From assembly GCF_030684315.1 (NCBI RefSeq), contig NC_081359.1, positions 35,040,470 to 35,104,469 on the forward strand: 64,000 nt of DNA, read 5' to 3'. The notes beneath the pieces were generated by a model that saw only the letters and a list, made by a program, of their open reading frames with translations, ran no database searches and was not told the origin of the DNA. This document shows, piece after piece, positions 1 through 12,281 of this stretch (positions are counted from its first letter, which is position 1; each line of letters begins with the position of its first letter). Both the position numbers and the translations under genes were made by a program. Source of the DNA: Stegostoma tigrinum (Eukaryota).

Positions 1-387
1 ACCAGCCCAGCTCTTCCCCCCCACCCACTGCATCCCAAAACCAGTCCAACCTGTCTCTGCCTCCCTAACCGGTTCTTCCTCTCACCCATCCCTTCCTCCC
101 ACCCCAAGCCGCACCCCCAGCTACCTACTAACCTCATCCCACCTCCTTGACCTGTCCGTCTTCCCTGGACTGACCTATCCCCTCCCTACCTCCCCACCTA
201 CACCCTCTCCACCCAGCTTCTTTACTCTCCATCTTCGGTCCGCCTCCCCCTCTCTCCCTATTTATTCCAGTTCCCTCCCCCCATCCCCCTCTCTGATGAA
301 GGGTCTAGGCCCGAAACGTCAGCTTTTGTGCTCCTGAGATGCTGCTTGGCCTGCTGTGTTCATCCAGCCTCACATTTTATTAACTTG
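1..387 (+). mobile_element. 3' end (ORF C-terminus, C-rich 3' UTR, pLTR) of a young Neptune-type PLE, family A; continues left of the window
   Basis: Nearly identical to ~19670-20056. It stops at ...ttttattaacttg and lacks the ~33 nt tail (gaattctccagcatctgcagttcccattatct) seen at 20057-20088. Confidence 0.93.
291..322 (+). ncRNA. Minimal type I hammerhead ribozyme (PLE family A)
   Basis: CTGATGA 293-299, extra A, stem II GGGTCTAGGCCC 301-312, GAAA 313-316, CG, TC (predicted cleavage after 320). Stem III is reduced to palindromic ACGT; stem I is only CT/AG. Confidence 0.8.
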
Positions 388-879
388 TAGTCATGTGTTT
401 AGTTTTGAATACTTAGAAATGATAAACTGGCTTGATTTTTTTTGAGGTGGAGTGTTGATGGGCTGTAGGAAAGCAATGTTTGTGTTGCGATTGTCATAAC
501 CCAGATCCACCAGGATGATATTGAAGCTAAAACATGGGCCTTCAAGTACAAATTTAATGGACAAGGTTTCTGTTTTATTGAACATGGGTATTTAAAGTTA
601 TTAAACATATTCGAAACACAGTCTGATCAGGGCGAACTCATTATTGATGTGTCGGTAAAATGGCTACCAGCAGTGAACGTCTTGAATGGCAGACATAACA
701 TTGCAACAGCAGAATAGCAGGGACATGACTGTATTTCAATTAAAAATTCCCATTTTTATACAACATTACATCAATTAGCATGTCCTTTCTAAGAGTTCCC
801 CGATTTATATATTATTGTTCTGATGCATTAGCACTTTGTTTTCCTCAGCCTCTGAGTTTGCATTACATTCATAATATTT

Positions 880-3330
880 AAGTGTCTAAGTCTCTTCATG
901 GTACTCGTGCGTGTTGTCCTTGGCTGTGCATTGTGATGACATTCCTTCAATCTGGGAGTGCCATCTCCATTTCATTTCTGCTATTGTTCAATTGCCACTG
1001 TTAGGGCACTGAGAGCCTTTTTTTAAATTTAGTAATTAGAAATGTGGACTGTACAGGTAATGAATTTGTACCTTCCTGACCAGCTGCCCACACTTCAGGA
1101 ACAGCTTCTTTAGTTGTACATATGAGCTTGCAGTTATAGTTGTATATCAACTCATTCATTTCTATCACATATAATTGAGGTCACAATCGGTCTAGTCAAG
1201 CCCCCTGACTGTCTCTCCCATGCTCAATGCTGTTAAATGTCTTTTGCAGCTTCTGCTAAATTTTGTTACTTATGGCTTTGCTAATTTTGGTTTCAGTAAC
1301 TTGTTTTATTATTTGAGGAATAGTTTGTGTTCAGTATGACAGTCTTTTTATTGGACAACTTTACATAACTTTAGAGAAATATATGTTCCTCCATTTGGTG
1401 ATTGAACAAATCCTACACAAATGTATTCAAGGCAATCTTTTTATGGTTCCTTTTCCATCTGACAAAAATAATGTGGAGACAGTATTGTTTACAAAGCAAC
1501 TAAATTCTTCACTTACGAACTGAAGACTATTGTCAATTATGACAATATCAGATTACCATAACAGCTAAAAGGGTACTTTCAAGCATTCAACAATCTCAGT
1601 GGTACTCAAAGTTGGCTCGTCTAGCAGTATTCGGGTGACAGGACAGTCAGTTTATGAGAGTGTTATAAGGTCTACTCCCGGCTTCATCCATGGTTTCTCC
1701 AGATTCTCATTAGCAGCTCTTTCGATGATTTAGCGTGATACTCAATACCAGCATTGCACTAGCTGATGCTGCCCATGATTTGTTTTTGTTTGGCTAGTAG
1801 ATCAGGTCTTGTGCTCAAATCAGGCTTGATTCTGATGGCTTGCTTTGATGGCTTGCAGGAATGTGCTTCAGTACCCCTCCTTAGTGGTAAGGAATTCACT
1901 TTCCTTGTACAATATGCTCCTGGGCTGTCAATTAATCTCTGTGCTCAATATTTCCTGAAAAGAACAAGTGTGTCCTTGATCCTTTTGGGCTATTCATTCA
2001 TTTTTACATTTTACAGCACTTGGAGAGTTGCACCTTGTTGGATATTTTGCTGCCTTTAAGCAAGAAGCTTCTCTGTTACATTCAACGTCCCTGCTGGGTT
2101 GAATGTTGAATCCACAAGGTTTCACACTTATTAGTACAAACTTCAATTTTCTTCATTGGGAGTACTGGTGTAAGCAGCATGTCTGTAATATTTCTCTTAC
2201 TTATCTCTCACATTTGGATGGTATCTTTGTATCCAAAGTGAAATTCTTTGCTGACGCTTTGGACCTGACAGAAGTAGCTTGAGGAAAATGCTATTAAATG
2301 ACTTGTGATCAGGCTCAACTTTCACTTTGTCACTTTTAAGCGGGCATTGATGAAAATGTTTAAAGGATAAGACAATGACTAGGCACTTTTTCTTGAATTA
2401 AGCAAATTGACTTTCTATATTAACATTCTGGATATAAATGCAACCATTTGTCCTTGCTGCAGTAAGTTTTATGTCTTGCTGCCATCACACTATGGAGAGA
2501 TTTCATCATATATGTCATAGCATTTCAGCACTGGGGTTACCATTACTTGTTACCTAATTTTAGTGAATGCTGCTCCTTGTTCGAAATCCCAATCCCACTG
2601 CTGTATGGCCATGATTTGGCTTACTGGTTCACGATCAGGCAGTACATTGGGCAAGAATTTTGTGAAATAGTTAGTGAATCAAAAAAATAATGTGAAGCTT
2701 TTACAACTGTTTGTCATTGCATTGTTGCCATTTTGCTTACCTCTTTCGGCTCCAGATGAAGAAATTTTGCTAATTGTACAAGGCCTCAATACTTGACTTT
2801 GGGCATCGTGAATCAAAATATTTTCTCATTCACCTTCAGGTTCAGCTTGAGAACTCTGCCTAACATTTGCAGAGGATTTTGATTGTGGTCAGTAATGGAT
2901 TCTTCCATTCTGTTCATGCATCCATAAACCAACAGGCTATCAACAAGGTAGAGATGGTTGGACAGGGGGTGTGTTACAGTTACAGTATGTAGGTGCTGGT
3001 GGATACTGTACAATCTGTACAATGTGCAATACTGTACAATGGCGACAATATTTACTGCAAATGACAGCTGCTGAAGGAACTTTGTCTCTGACTTTGAGAT
3101 TCTTTGAGAGCTGGAATCCAAGCTGTGACACATCAGGAGGAGGGAAAGAGATACCTGAACACTTTTAAGAGACAGTCACACTTCTTACGTAAATCACATC
3201 AAATTTGGTCCATGCTCAATGATAGGATGGTGTGATTGTGCAAATGAGGCATGTATAATAATCCTGAATTTAGCTTTTGTGCAAACTCAGCCAATGATCT
3301 TGTCCAAAAGATATGAGGTTCTTGCTCCCA
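880..3330 (-). mobile_element. Decayed Ty3/Gypsy LTR retrotransposon pol (RT, RNase H, integrase)
   Basis: Minus-strand translation gives DSLLVYGC...DHNQNPLQML...LNLKVN (RT, ORF 2813-3133), WDWDFEQGAAFTKI..TPVLKCYD (RT/RNase H link) and KPWMKPGVDL...DIVIIDNSLQFVSEEF (integrase core), with many stops and frameshifts. Confidence 0.8.
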
Positions 3331-3459
3331 TTGTGAACGAGGGCACAGCCTGTAGAGAGAACAAGCAAACTAACCAAAACACCATAGCACAGAGTGCTAT
3401 TTAATTGGAGGCGGGGGTGGTGATCAAAGAGAGAGTGAGACAAGGGAAAGGAAAATGAA

Positions 3460-3935
3460 ACATAGTAGTAATAGGAATAGCATAATTAAGAGAATATATA
3501 CAGTTCTCTGCAGCTAAACAGAAGGCTGTCCTTCCTACCAGCTGTCAAGGTTAAGCACATATTTTCTGAGGTGAAGAGGAATTTAGAGTGGGAGGTGAAG
3601 CACCCTGTTATCATTGTCCAGATACGTACCCATGACATAAGTAGAAATAAGGAGTTTCTGTGAGGGATTGTAAGGAACTCAGGGTCAATTTAAAAAGATG
3701 AACCCTGAAGCTCATAATCTCAGGCTTACTATCTGCGATGCTTGCAAACTCAGACAGGGTAAATCAGACTAAAGAGGTAAAATTTGGGAGAATATTGGGT
3801 TCCAATTCATGAGGCACTGGCTTCACTACTCTGGAAACAGAAAGCTGCTTCATTGGGGTAAAGTTCATTTGAACCATGCTGCAATGAGTAACCAAACAAA
3901 TTGCAGAACAGAGGTTTTAGAGGGGGTTTTAAACT
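3460..3935 (+). mobile_element. CR1 LINE ORF1 (SGNH esterase) remnant
   Basis: Degenerate VVIG(N/D)SII...KRNLEWEVKHPVIIVQIRTHDI, resembling the CR1 ORF1 esterase GDS and HVGTNDI blocks. Confidence 0.65.
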
Positions 3936-4169
3936 AATTAGTTAGGGAACTTTTAAAAATTCAAAAAGAAATAATGCAGCAGAAGTTCAGGAGGCAAATG
4001 ATAAGCAAGTGTGACAATGAAGAGTAGAAAGCGCTAGCAGCAGATTACAGCACAAATTAGAGCCAGAATTTCTAAATATGTCACGATTGTTCTGTCCTTT
4101 GGGGCCAGTATGTCTAACAGTAAAATACAATCAAAATCAAAGATTGAGGAGGTGGACAGAGATACTATT

Positions 4170-4550
4170 TACTTTAATTCAGTGCCTCGAGCTAAGGGGT
4201 CTATTCTTAAACATTGAAGCTAGGCCATTCAGGAATGATAACTGCAAGTGTTTCTCCACAACGAAACAAAATAAATATCTGGAAAGACATCCTTTTAGAA
4301 AAAAAACTATTTAGGCTTGCCAAATCAATCAACATCTGTTTCTCATGCACCGTGCATCATTGGTCCCTTTGAATTTTGGTATTCTGTCAGAACTTGAATT
4401 GCAAGAAGAAAAACATTGATTTATTTCTTTCAGACGAGAATATTAAGAGTTAGGGAATCAGGTGAGCAAATGGAGGGGAGGTTCAGATCATCCAAGATCT
4501 AATTAAATGGCAGAACAGGCCCAAGGGGTTGAATGGCATACGGTTGTTCC
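4170..4550 (+). mobile_element. CR1 LINE 3' end, decayed
   Basis: ORF2 C-terminus-like ARPFRND.. followed by a 3' UTR (aatggcagaacaggcccaaggggttgaatggc) similar to 38060-38120. Confidence 0.6.
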
Positions 4551-5261
4551 TCAGTTTATTTTTCCCTTCCAGTAACAGTTTAATTGTGTATTTTTAAACA
4601 TAATACTTAGTTCCCATTTTTGATTTTGTTTTGTCTTACTTTCCAGTTCCAAATAGTTCCTTTGAACTCTCACCATTCTCAAATAGCATAGGTAATTTAC
4701 ATGTAAGAATTAGTCTTGGACCTCTAAAAAGAAGTTGTTTGTACTTGAAACTGCAACTAAGCATGGCTCATGCAATCTGATTCTACACTGAATTCCTTTG
4801 AGACATTTTTCTTTATAAACTTTTCAATCTGCAATCAGCTGACTCATCTGTTTTCGAGATTCCTGCTGACTACATCTGTTACGTCAAACACTTCTGTCAT
4901 GCTTGTTGTGAACAAATGAGGGAAACTAAAGGCGTTAGTGTAGCCCATTTAGTCGCTCAGTGAATTGAGATGTTTTTAAGCATATTTGTTTTGTGTTATT
5001 CAATGATGTCCAGGTAACTGCCAGAGGAATTGGTAGCTTATTAGTAGTATCATGATAATAACTCTACAAGTAAAACATGTGGAAATCACTTTGCAAAAGG
5101 AGAAAACCATGCATAATAATTGAATAGCCCCTTTCCTGACTCCAATGTTTTTTGGTAAGTATAAGGTAATTGAAATAATGCTTACGCATTCTCTGCATAC
5201 TGATTGTTTGCTAATTGTTTACTCCCGTGATAACACATGGCAAAGACGATTTCCAAATTAG

Positions 5262-5498
5262 GTATAACATAGTGTGTAACTGTAGGAGCACAACAGGCCA
5301 GGCAGCATCAGAGGAGCAGGAACATTGATGTTTTAGGTCAGGGCCCTTCTTAGGAATTGAGAAATCAATTTTCTAAAGAAGGGACCTGACCCAAAACATC
5401 AACTTTCCTGCCCCTCTGATGCTGCCTGGCCTGTTGTGTTCCTCCTGCTCCACACTGTGTTATCTCTGACTCCAGCATTGGCAGTTCTTACTATCTCT
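5262..5498. mobile_element. Palindromic mini-PLE (family A-like): inverted tail-less pLTR + pLTR + tail
   Basis: Two ~95 bp inverted arms meet at ...cccttcttaggaattgagaaatcaattttctaaagaaggg..., with a degenerate hammerhead on each strand. TSD GATTTCCAAATTAG 5248-5261 / GACTTCCAAATTAG 5499-5512. Confidence 0.9.
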
Positions 5499-5731
5499 GA
5501 CTTCCAAATTAGCCAGACTTCAGAGACATGGATCACAGGTGTTATGGATCAGTCCAAAGCCCCTCAAAATATGCTAAAAAGATAATGTAGGTATGACTTT
5601 TTTCTTTTTTTAAAGAAAAGCGCAAGGTGTTGCATTCTAGATGCAATTCAATTGATTAAACTACTCAAAGTAAAGCAAAACAGTTTATTTTTGCACTATA
5701 GTTAAATACAGACAAAATAAAAATGAAAGAA

Positions 5732-5964
5732 CAAAAACAAATTAGCTGGAAACATTCAGCAGGTCGGGCAGCATCTGTGAAAGAAAAAGCAAGAGTTAAA
5801 ATTTCGGGTCCAGTGACCTTTCTTCAGAACAGTTCTGAGGAAGGGTCACTGGACCCGAAACTTTAACTCTATTTGTGCTTTTACAGATGCTGCCCGACCT
5901 GCTGTATGTTTCCAGCTAATTTTTTTTCCCTGATTTACATCATCTGCAGTTCTTTCCATTTTTG
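5732..5964. mobile_element. Palindromic mini-PLE (family B)
   Basis: Inverted arms 5732-5830 and 5832-5930 centred on cagaac-a-gttctg, then a ~34 nt tail. TSD TAAAAATGAAAGAA 5718-5731 / TAGAAATGAAAGAA 5965-5978. Confidence 0.92.
5831..5868 (+). ncRNA. Minimal type I hammerhead ribozyme (PLE family B); mirror copy on the minus strand at ~5793-5830
   Basis: AGTT-CTGAGGA-A-GGGTC-ACTG-GACCC-GAAA-CT-TT-AACT: stem I AGTT/AACT and a perfect 5-bp stem II. Confidence 0.78.
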
Positions 5965-8789
5965 TAGAAATGAAAGAATTGTCTTAACAGTAACTCTATC
6001 AAAATGTTTAACAAAAATAAGAGGTATATTAACTACTACTAACTAACTTTTCCAATATTGTAACATCCCATAAACACACACTTGGCAAAGACAAATTAGT
6101 AAAATTGATTTGTTACACATGCAATTCTGCCAGCAGGTAGAGAACCCCAGATGTTAACCATAGCAGAGAGAGAAATAAAAGGTTTTACATCCAGTTTCAA
6201 GACTCCAGTAACTGCAGAAAGCTATTTACTTTATTGGCTTTGAGTAGGCCGCTCTGTACCTCTGTCTCAACCTTCCTTCATAAAAAAAGGACAAATTGCA
6301 CCGCTTAAAGCTGTAGAATTCTCACACAGGACTAGCAATAAATGGAATCAAATGGGAAGACAGTACTACATGCTTCCCAATTTTAATTCCCCTAGACCTC
6401 AACTCAATTGCAAGAGCAATATTTTGCCCAATTTCAACAGTTTCGCGACAAATGGGTTCAGCTGAAATGGATCTTCATTTTGTTTGAGAAAAAGGGGACA
6501 ATGAATGGTAAACTTCTCCTCAGTTAACCTTATATTATCCATGAATTGTAAAACCATCTCAAAATGCTACTTTCATACAAGATGCACAAATGTTCAGTGA
6601 TTTTTACTTGCTGGAATGATGTTTGTGATAACATGCATTTATAATAGATCTCTAATTTTGAATCTGTCTGCTCACCCAAATTCTTCTCTAACTGGAATTT
6701 GAGTTACATTTTAGTAACGCTGATTAAAGAATTAATTAGATCTTTGAGGTAATTGAAGTACGTTTTGTAAATATGCCTTGTGCTGAGAAGAATCCAAAGG
6801 GAAAATATATATATTGCTTGCTTGGTTATGAATAATTTTTAGGCATCACTGACTGCATAAAACACGTGATAGGGTTTTACTTGTGTTAAAGTGTAGCCTT
6901 TTAGTTTTAGCCTTTTCTAGGATGCCTTCAGGAAATTTAGTTGTCCTGAGAAGTGCAGTGCATCGGTCCACATCATTCAAGTTTTGCCAGCATTGGAGTG
7001 GCTTTATCAGTGATTGCTCTTAAAGATAATTCTTTAACTATGAAAGACAAAATGTTCTATTCACAACTCAATGGTCAGACAGCCAGCAGAGCCTTCCTGC
7101 TTTAACGAGTGACATAGGTTGTTTAAGCTGTAATGCAAATCCCTCAATCAATTCTTCCATTGACTACCAGCAACTTGCCCATGATATTTCAACTAAGCCA
7201 TTGAAAGATTAACCCCCATCTTTGGTTTCCCAATTCAAGTATGCACAGGCTCCAAGTCTGGGTCCGACAACCTTGGGCCAAATATTTACCCAGTGCACAC
7301 TGTAAAACCATACATACAAGTGATACTGTCCCATACTATTATTATGGAGAATGAGCAAGATAAAGTCATTAATGAAACATGTGCTTTGAGAGAACTTGGG
7401 TAAGTGAATATTGACTGGAGAAAACAACATTATAACTGGAATAGAATTGAGAGCTATTTTGGAATCTATGAAGTACTTGTTACTTCACATACAGATTGTC
7501 ATAAATAAATGAACAGGATGAACTTGGCCTCCTCATTAGCTTTAAGTTGTTTCCCATGTCATAGTTACATCAAATTTGATAAGGTGACTCATACTTTCTG
7601 TTTAAGAAAATGTATGGCAGCAAATACTTAATTTCTGCTGAATATAGGGTAAAGTTATGACACATTCCATTTTTAAAATCAATTTTGACAACATTTCACA
7701 CCTTGTCATTTTTACTTTTTGTATGAACATAAAACAAAGGAAGTTAGAAAGCCAATGAAAGGGTAGCAAACTGCTGTCTTCCTGAAAGAAAATGGTGCAG
7801 GTTCCTTTCCCAGGGTAGCACATTTAAAGTTTGCAAAACATTAAATCATTGTTAACTGTGTTGGTTAAAAAGAATGATACATTTTAATTTTTAAAAAAAA
7901 TAGCAGCAAAAATCTTGTTCCTGATCACTACTTTTCATTAATCAACACCGGGCACTTCCTGAAGGATATGCTTTCACAATCAGTTCGCAGTTTTAAATGT
8001 TTCTGCTCCAATTATAGATTAACCTCAAATTATTAGATAAGTTTGGGAAAAAGGACTCCTTTGTATCAATTGCAGTTAAACAGAAACTCTGGAAGGCCTT
8101 TCTGCAAGGTCAACTTTTCTGCCACTGCTTAGAGGGTGGATTTTGTTAGTTGCAGACTAAAATTAGCAGACAGGGTAATTAACTCAGAAAATGAGGTCAA
8201 AGCTAATCCTCCTAATGGACAGGAAGAGCTGCAACTTGCTAAAGCTGCAAATTAACTTGCTTTTACCTCAAATTGCTTAATTTCCAAAACTGTTAGTTAG
8301 CTAGAGTACAAACTTAATGAAGTTGAGCATATCATTTCAGGAAGCACATGGACTGGAATGATAAATTCTTCACCATCTGTTAGCCAATATAATCTTTCAA
8401 AAGTTATTCCTCCAAGATGTCATCATAGGGGTGGATTCTGCAATATAAGAGGAGGCAAGCCAGAATAGTGGCACAAGTCTCAAGAAAGGACACTGGAGCA
8501 ATTGCCCGTAATTTTCCAGGGTCAGCATAATTGAATGATTAGCATGAACTCCCAGCCCAACTTTACCCTTATGTCTGGTTTAAAACTTAAACATCGGGGT
8601 CATTTCTTTTAATCTCCAGTACATTTGTCAATGAGCATTGGTGTCTTAATTTGGCTTAGTGCTAACATTCAGACTACATAGCCTATAGGTCAAGACCTGC
8701 GGTTTACCTTTTGAGCCGAAGGACAAGCTATCTTTCTCCTTTTGAAAATGTTGGCAGAGATCTAAATCCAGAAGTTATGCTCCCAACCT

Positions 8790-8851
8790 TGTGTGTGTGT
8801 GTGTGTGTGTGTGTGTCTCTGTGTGTCTGTGTGTCTGTGTGTGTGTGTGTG
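8790..8851. repeat. (GT)n microsatellite, imperfect
   Basis: Direct reading. Confidence 0.97.
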
Positions 8852-9840
8852 CAAATGTGCCTGCATGCATGTGTGTGTGGAATGTGGGGCAGGGGTGGTG
8901 GTAGTTCATGAAAGGGTAGAGGAGTGTTGGAATAATGGACATGCAGGGGAGATATGTGTTTTAAAACAAATGCCTTTGCCCTTTAGATCTGGTCCCAAAA
9001 TATCTTTGGTTGAGGACAGATCAAATGCCCACTGAAATGTTAAAATTACATGAAAACATATAAACTGATTAAAGTTGTCAATGCTACATTCCAATTCCAG
9101 CATAGATCAAATTTGTGTTATGATCTAGCTAGAGACCAGTTTTTTTTTGTCAATAATATGAGAAATCCAGGTTAAGACCAGAAATTGCTGGAGAAACTTA
9201 AGTCGTGATAATAGACTGTCACTGAACACTTAATGGACACTGAATTAAAACACATGATCAAGATGATGTATCAAAATTATTTATTTCGTTGATCTGGCCT
9301 TGCAACCCTCCTTCAAAAGTTATTCCATTTAGGATTGTCTCAATTATTGTTTGTGTTTTCATTAATTTGGCTTCTTTCCTCAGTTTATGCTTTCTGAGAC
9401 TTTCCAGTACTCGTTCACAAGCATGACCCCAGCTGTTCATCAACAACAAGTTTCACCAAGCTAAAACAGTCCTTGAATTTTTCCCTGAGCTACAATTTTG
9501 TTCATTGGCATCCAGAAATAATAGTGTTCTTTTCAACCCACGTCTGTGATATCTGTACTTAAGCATTAAGGCTGACAGCCTTCCTCCAAGTCCCTTATGG
9601 TGTCTCTTGACACAGAGCCAGTGACCTCCCATTTGCTCAGCTCTACAAGAGTTCTTCTGAACTTCTTCTGATTCCAACACTTAAGCGTCTTAAAATTCTT
9701 AGGACATACTCACAAGTTCTGGGCCCACAGAGCAACCCAACTGCTCTTCTCTCCACACTGAGTCTACCGCGTATAATCTGTACAGTTCAAATATCTTTCC
9801 AGAAGCACAGCTAACCGTAACACTCTGAACGTGAAATTTG

Positions 9841-11552
9841 GAGCTGGAGGAACACAGCAGGCCAGGCAGCATGAAAAGACGCAGGGAAGTTGATGTTTCA
9901 GATCAGGGCCATTCTTTAGAACTTTGGGGCTGGGGAAGGTTGGTGGGATGGTGATAACTGAGTGCAGGTGGGCAGTGATGGGGGTTGGTCAGTGAGGTGG
10001 GAGCAGTGGATAGGTGGGAGAGAAGATGGACAGGTTGTATCAGTCAAAGAGGTGGGGATGAGAGGGAAGGTTGGTCATGGGATGAGGCCAGGGGTAGGGA
10101 GATTTTCAAACTGATAAAGTCCATAATGAGATTATTGGGTTGTAGACTCCCAAGACTGTATATAAGGTGTTGTTCCTCCAGTTTCTGGGTGGTGTCATTG
10201 TGACACTGGAGGAGGCCTAGGAGGAACATGTTGCCCAGGGAGTGGGAGGTGTAGTTGAATTGGTTCGCGGCCAGAAGGTGTTGCCATTTGTCGCAAATAG
10301 AGTGCAGGCGCTCTACAAAACTGACTCTGAGCCTCTGCTTGGTCTCACCAATGTAGCGGGCACCACATCGGGAGCAGTGGATGCAATAGACCATTTTTAT
10401 GGATGTGCAGGTGAACATCTGTCTGATGTGGAAGGTTTGTTTGCTGCTTTGAATGGGGGTGAGGGGGGAGGTGTAGGAGCAGGTGTAGCAGTTCTTACAG
10501 TTGCAAGAAAAGGCGCTGGGGGAGGTGGGACTAGAAGGGAATGCAGAGTGGACGAGGGATTTGTGGAGAAAGCGGTCCCTATGAACGTCACTTAGGGGTG
10601 GGGATGGAAATATATCCTTGGTTGTGGGGTCAGATTGCAGAAATAAGGTTAGTGAGGTGATTGGTGAGGGCAAGGGGGATTCTGTCTTTCTTTTTTTTGG
10701 GGAGAGGAGATGTGAGGGCAGTGGCACAGGAAACACAGGAGATGCAGTTGAGAGCATTTTCGACACCGAAGGGAGGAAATTGCGGTCCTTGAAATAGGAG
10801 GACATCTGGGATGTTCGGGAGTGGAGCGCCCTATTTTGGGAGCAGACACAGTGGAGGTGGAGGATTTGGGAGTAGGAGATAGCATTCTTGCAGGAAGGTA
10901 GGTGAGAGGAGGTATAGCCTAGGTAGTTGTGGGAGTCGGTTGGCTTGTAAAAGATGTCGGTTTTGAGGTGGTCAACAGAGATGACACAGACAGGTCCAGG
11001 AAGGAGAGAGAGGTGTCGGAGATGGTACAGGTGAACTTGACTTTGGGGTGAAAGGTGTTAGTATAGCTGATGAACTGCTCAAGCTCCTCGTGGGAGCATG
11101 TGACAGCATCAATACAATCATCGATGTAGTGGAGGAAGAGGTGGGGGAAAGTGCCAGTGGAACTGCAGAACAGGGACTGTATCATGTATCTGACAAAGAG
11201 GTAGGCATAGATTGTGCCATGCAGGTTCCCACGGCCAACCCTTAGTCTGTAGGAAGTGGGAGGAGTTAAAGGAGAAGTTGTTAAGGTTATAGGATGAGGG
11301 TGTCAGTGGAGGGCGACTGGTTGGATCTGCAGGAGATGAAGAAGCAGAGGGCTTTTATGCCATTCTCATGGAGAATACAAATGTACAGTGATTGGACATC
11401 CATAGTGAAGATGAGGTATTGGGGAAAAGGGAATTGGAAGTCTTGGAGGAGGTGGTGGGCATGGGTGATGTCCACCATGTAAATGGGGAGCTCTTAGACT
11501 AGAGGGAGAAAATAGAGTCAAGGTAAGCAAGCATAAGTTCAGTGAGGCAGGA
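9841..11552 (-). mobile_element. Neptune-type PLE, long tail-less inverted arm (RT, Cys-linker, GIY-YIG, 3' UTR, pLTR)
   Basis: ORFs 11287-11478 (IFTMDVQSLY), 10919-11185 (YIDDCI) and 10044-10805 (CNCKNCYTC; VYCIHCSRCGARYIGET); degenerate hammerhead near 9890-9920. Confidence 0.92.
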
Positions 11553-12281
11553 CCCTACGCCTCCATCTTCAGTTCCATTCAAGGCACCATACAAACTTTA
11601 TACATCAGACAGAGGTTCTCCCGCATGTCCGTCAATGTGGTCTATTGTATCCGCTGCTCCCTATGTGGCCTCCTCTACATCAGTGAGACAAGCAGAGGCT
11701 CAGAGGCCACTTTGTATAGCACCTGCGCTCTGTTCACAACAAACAACAACACCAACCAGTAGTGAATCACTTCAACTTCCCCTCCCACTCCCTGGACGAA
11801 ATGTCCATCCTGGGCCTCCTCCAGTGTCACGATGACACCACCTGGAAACTGGAGGAGCAGTACCTTATATTCCGCCTCGGGAGCCTACAGCCCAATAGCC
11901 TAAATGTGGATTTTACCAGTTTGAAAATCTCCCCAGCCCCAGCCTCATCCCATGTCCAATCCTCCCTCTCATCCCAACCTCCTTGACCTAACACAACCTG
12001 TCCATCTTCTTTCCCACCTATCCGCTTTCCCACCTCACTGAGCAACCTCCACTGTTGCCTACCTGCACTCACCTATCACTATCCCACCTATCTTCTCTAG
12101 CCCTACCCCTCCTCTCTTTATTTATTTCTGAGCTAACTTTCAACACTCCCACCCACTCCATGTCTGAAGAAGGGCCTTGACCTGAACTTTCCTGCTCCTC
12201 TGATCCTGCCTGGCCTACTGTGTACCTCCAGCTCTACACTGTGTTGTCTCTGACTCAAGTGTTAGTGTCTCACTATCTTTC
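11553..12281 (+). mobile_element. Neptune-type PLE, short arm (GIY-YIG, 3' UTR, pLTR, tail) of the same insertion as 9841-11552
   Basis: ORF 11762-11986 (MSILGLLQCHDDTTWKLEEQYLIFRLG); hammerhead remnant from 12164; decayed tail to 12281. Possible CpG-decayed TSD ACGTGAAATTTG 9829-9840 / ACACGAAGTTTG 12282-12293. Confidence 0.88.

Larger units (their letters stand above)
5540..6326. mobile_element. Probable solo LTR, interrupted by the mini-PLE at 5732-5964
   Basis: TG...CA termini (TGTTA...TCACA) flanked by a 4-bp direct repeat CAGG at 5536-5539 and 6327-6330; no coding capacity. Confidence 0.55.

Noticed and set aside
517-780. 3' LTR of the Gypsy remnant (PPT-like agaaagga then TG, AATAAA on the minus strand)
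   Set aside because: Plausible, but there is no second LTR or TSD to confirm boundaries.
5262-5964. Palindromes as DNA-transposon MITEs or miRNA precursors
   Set aside because: The arms are PLE pLTR sequence, asymmetric by a ~34 nt tail, with long variable TSDs typical of target-primed retrotransposition.
8711-9035. Cys/Val-rich ORFs
   Set aside because: Translation of the (GT)n microsatellite; likewise the His/Thr ORF at 21529 from (AC)n.
9206-9822. Possible solo LTR (TG...taaca)
   Set aside because: No matching TSD found and termini are ambiguous.
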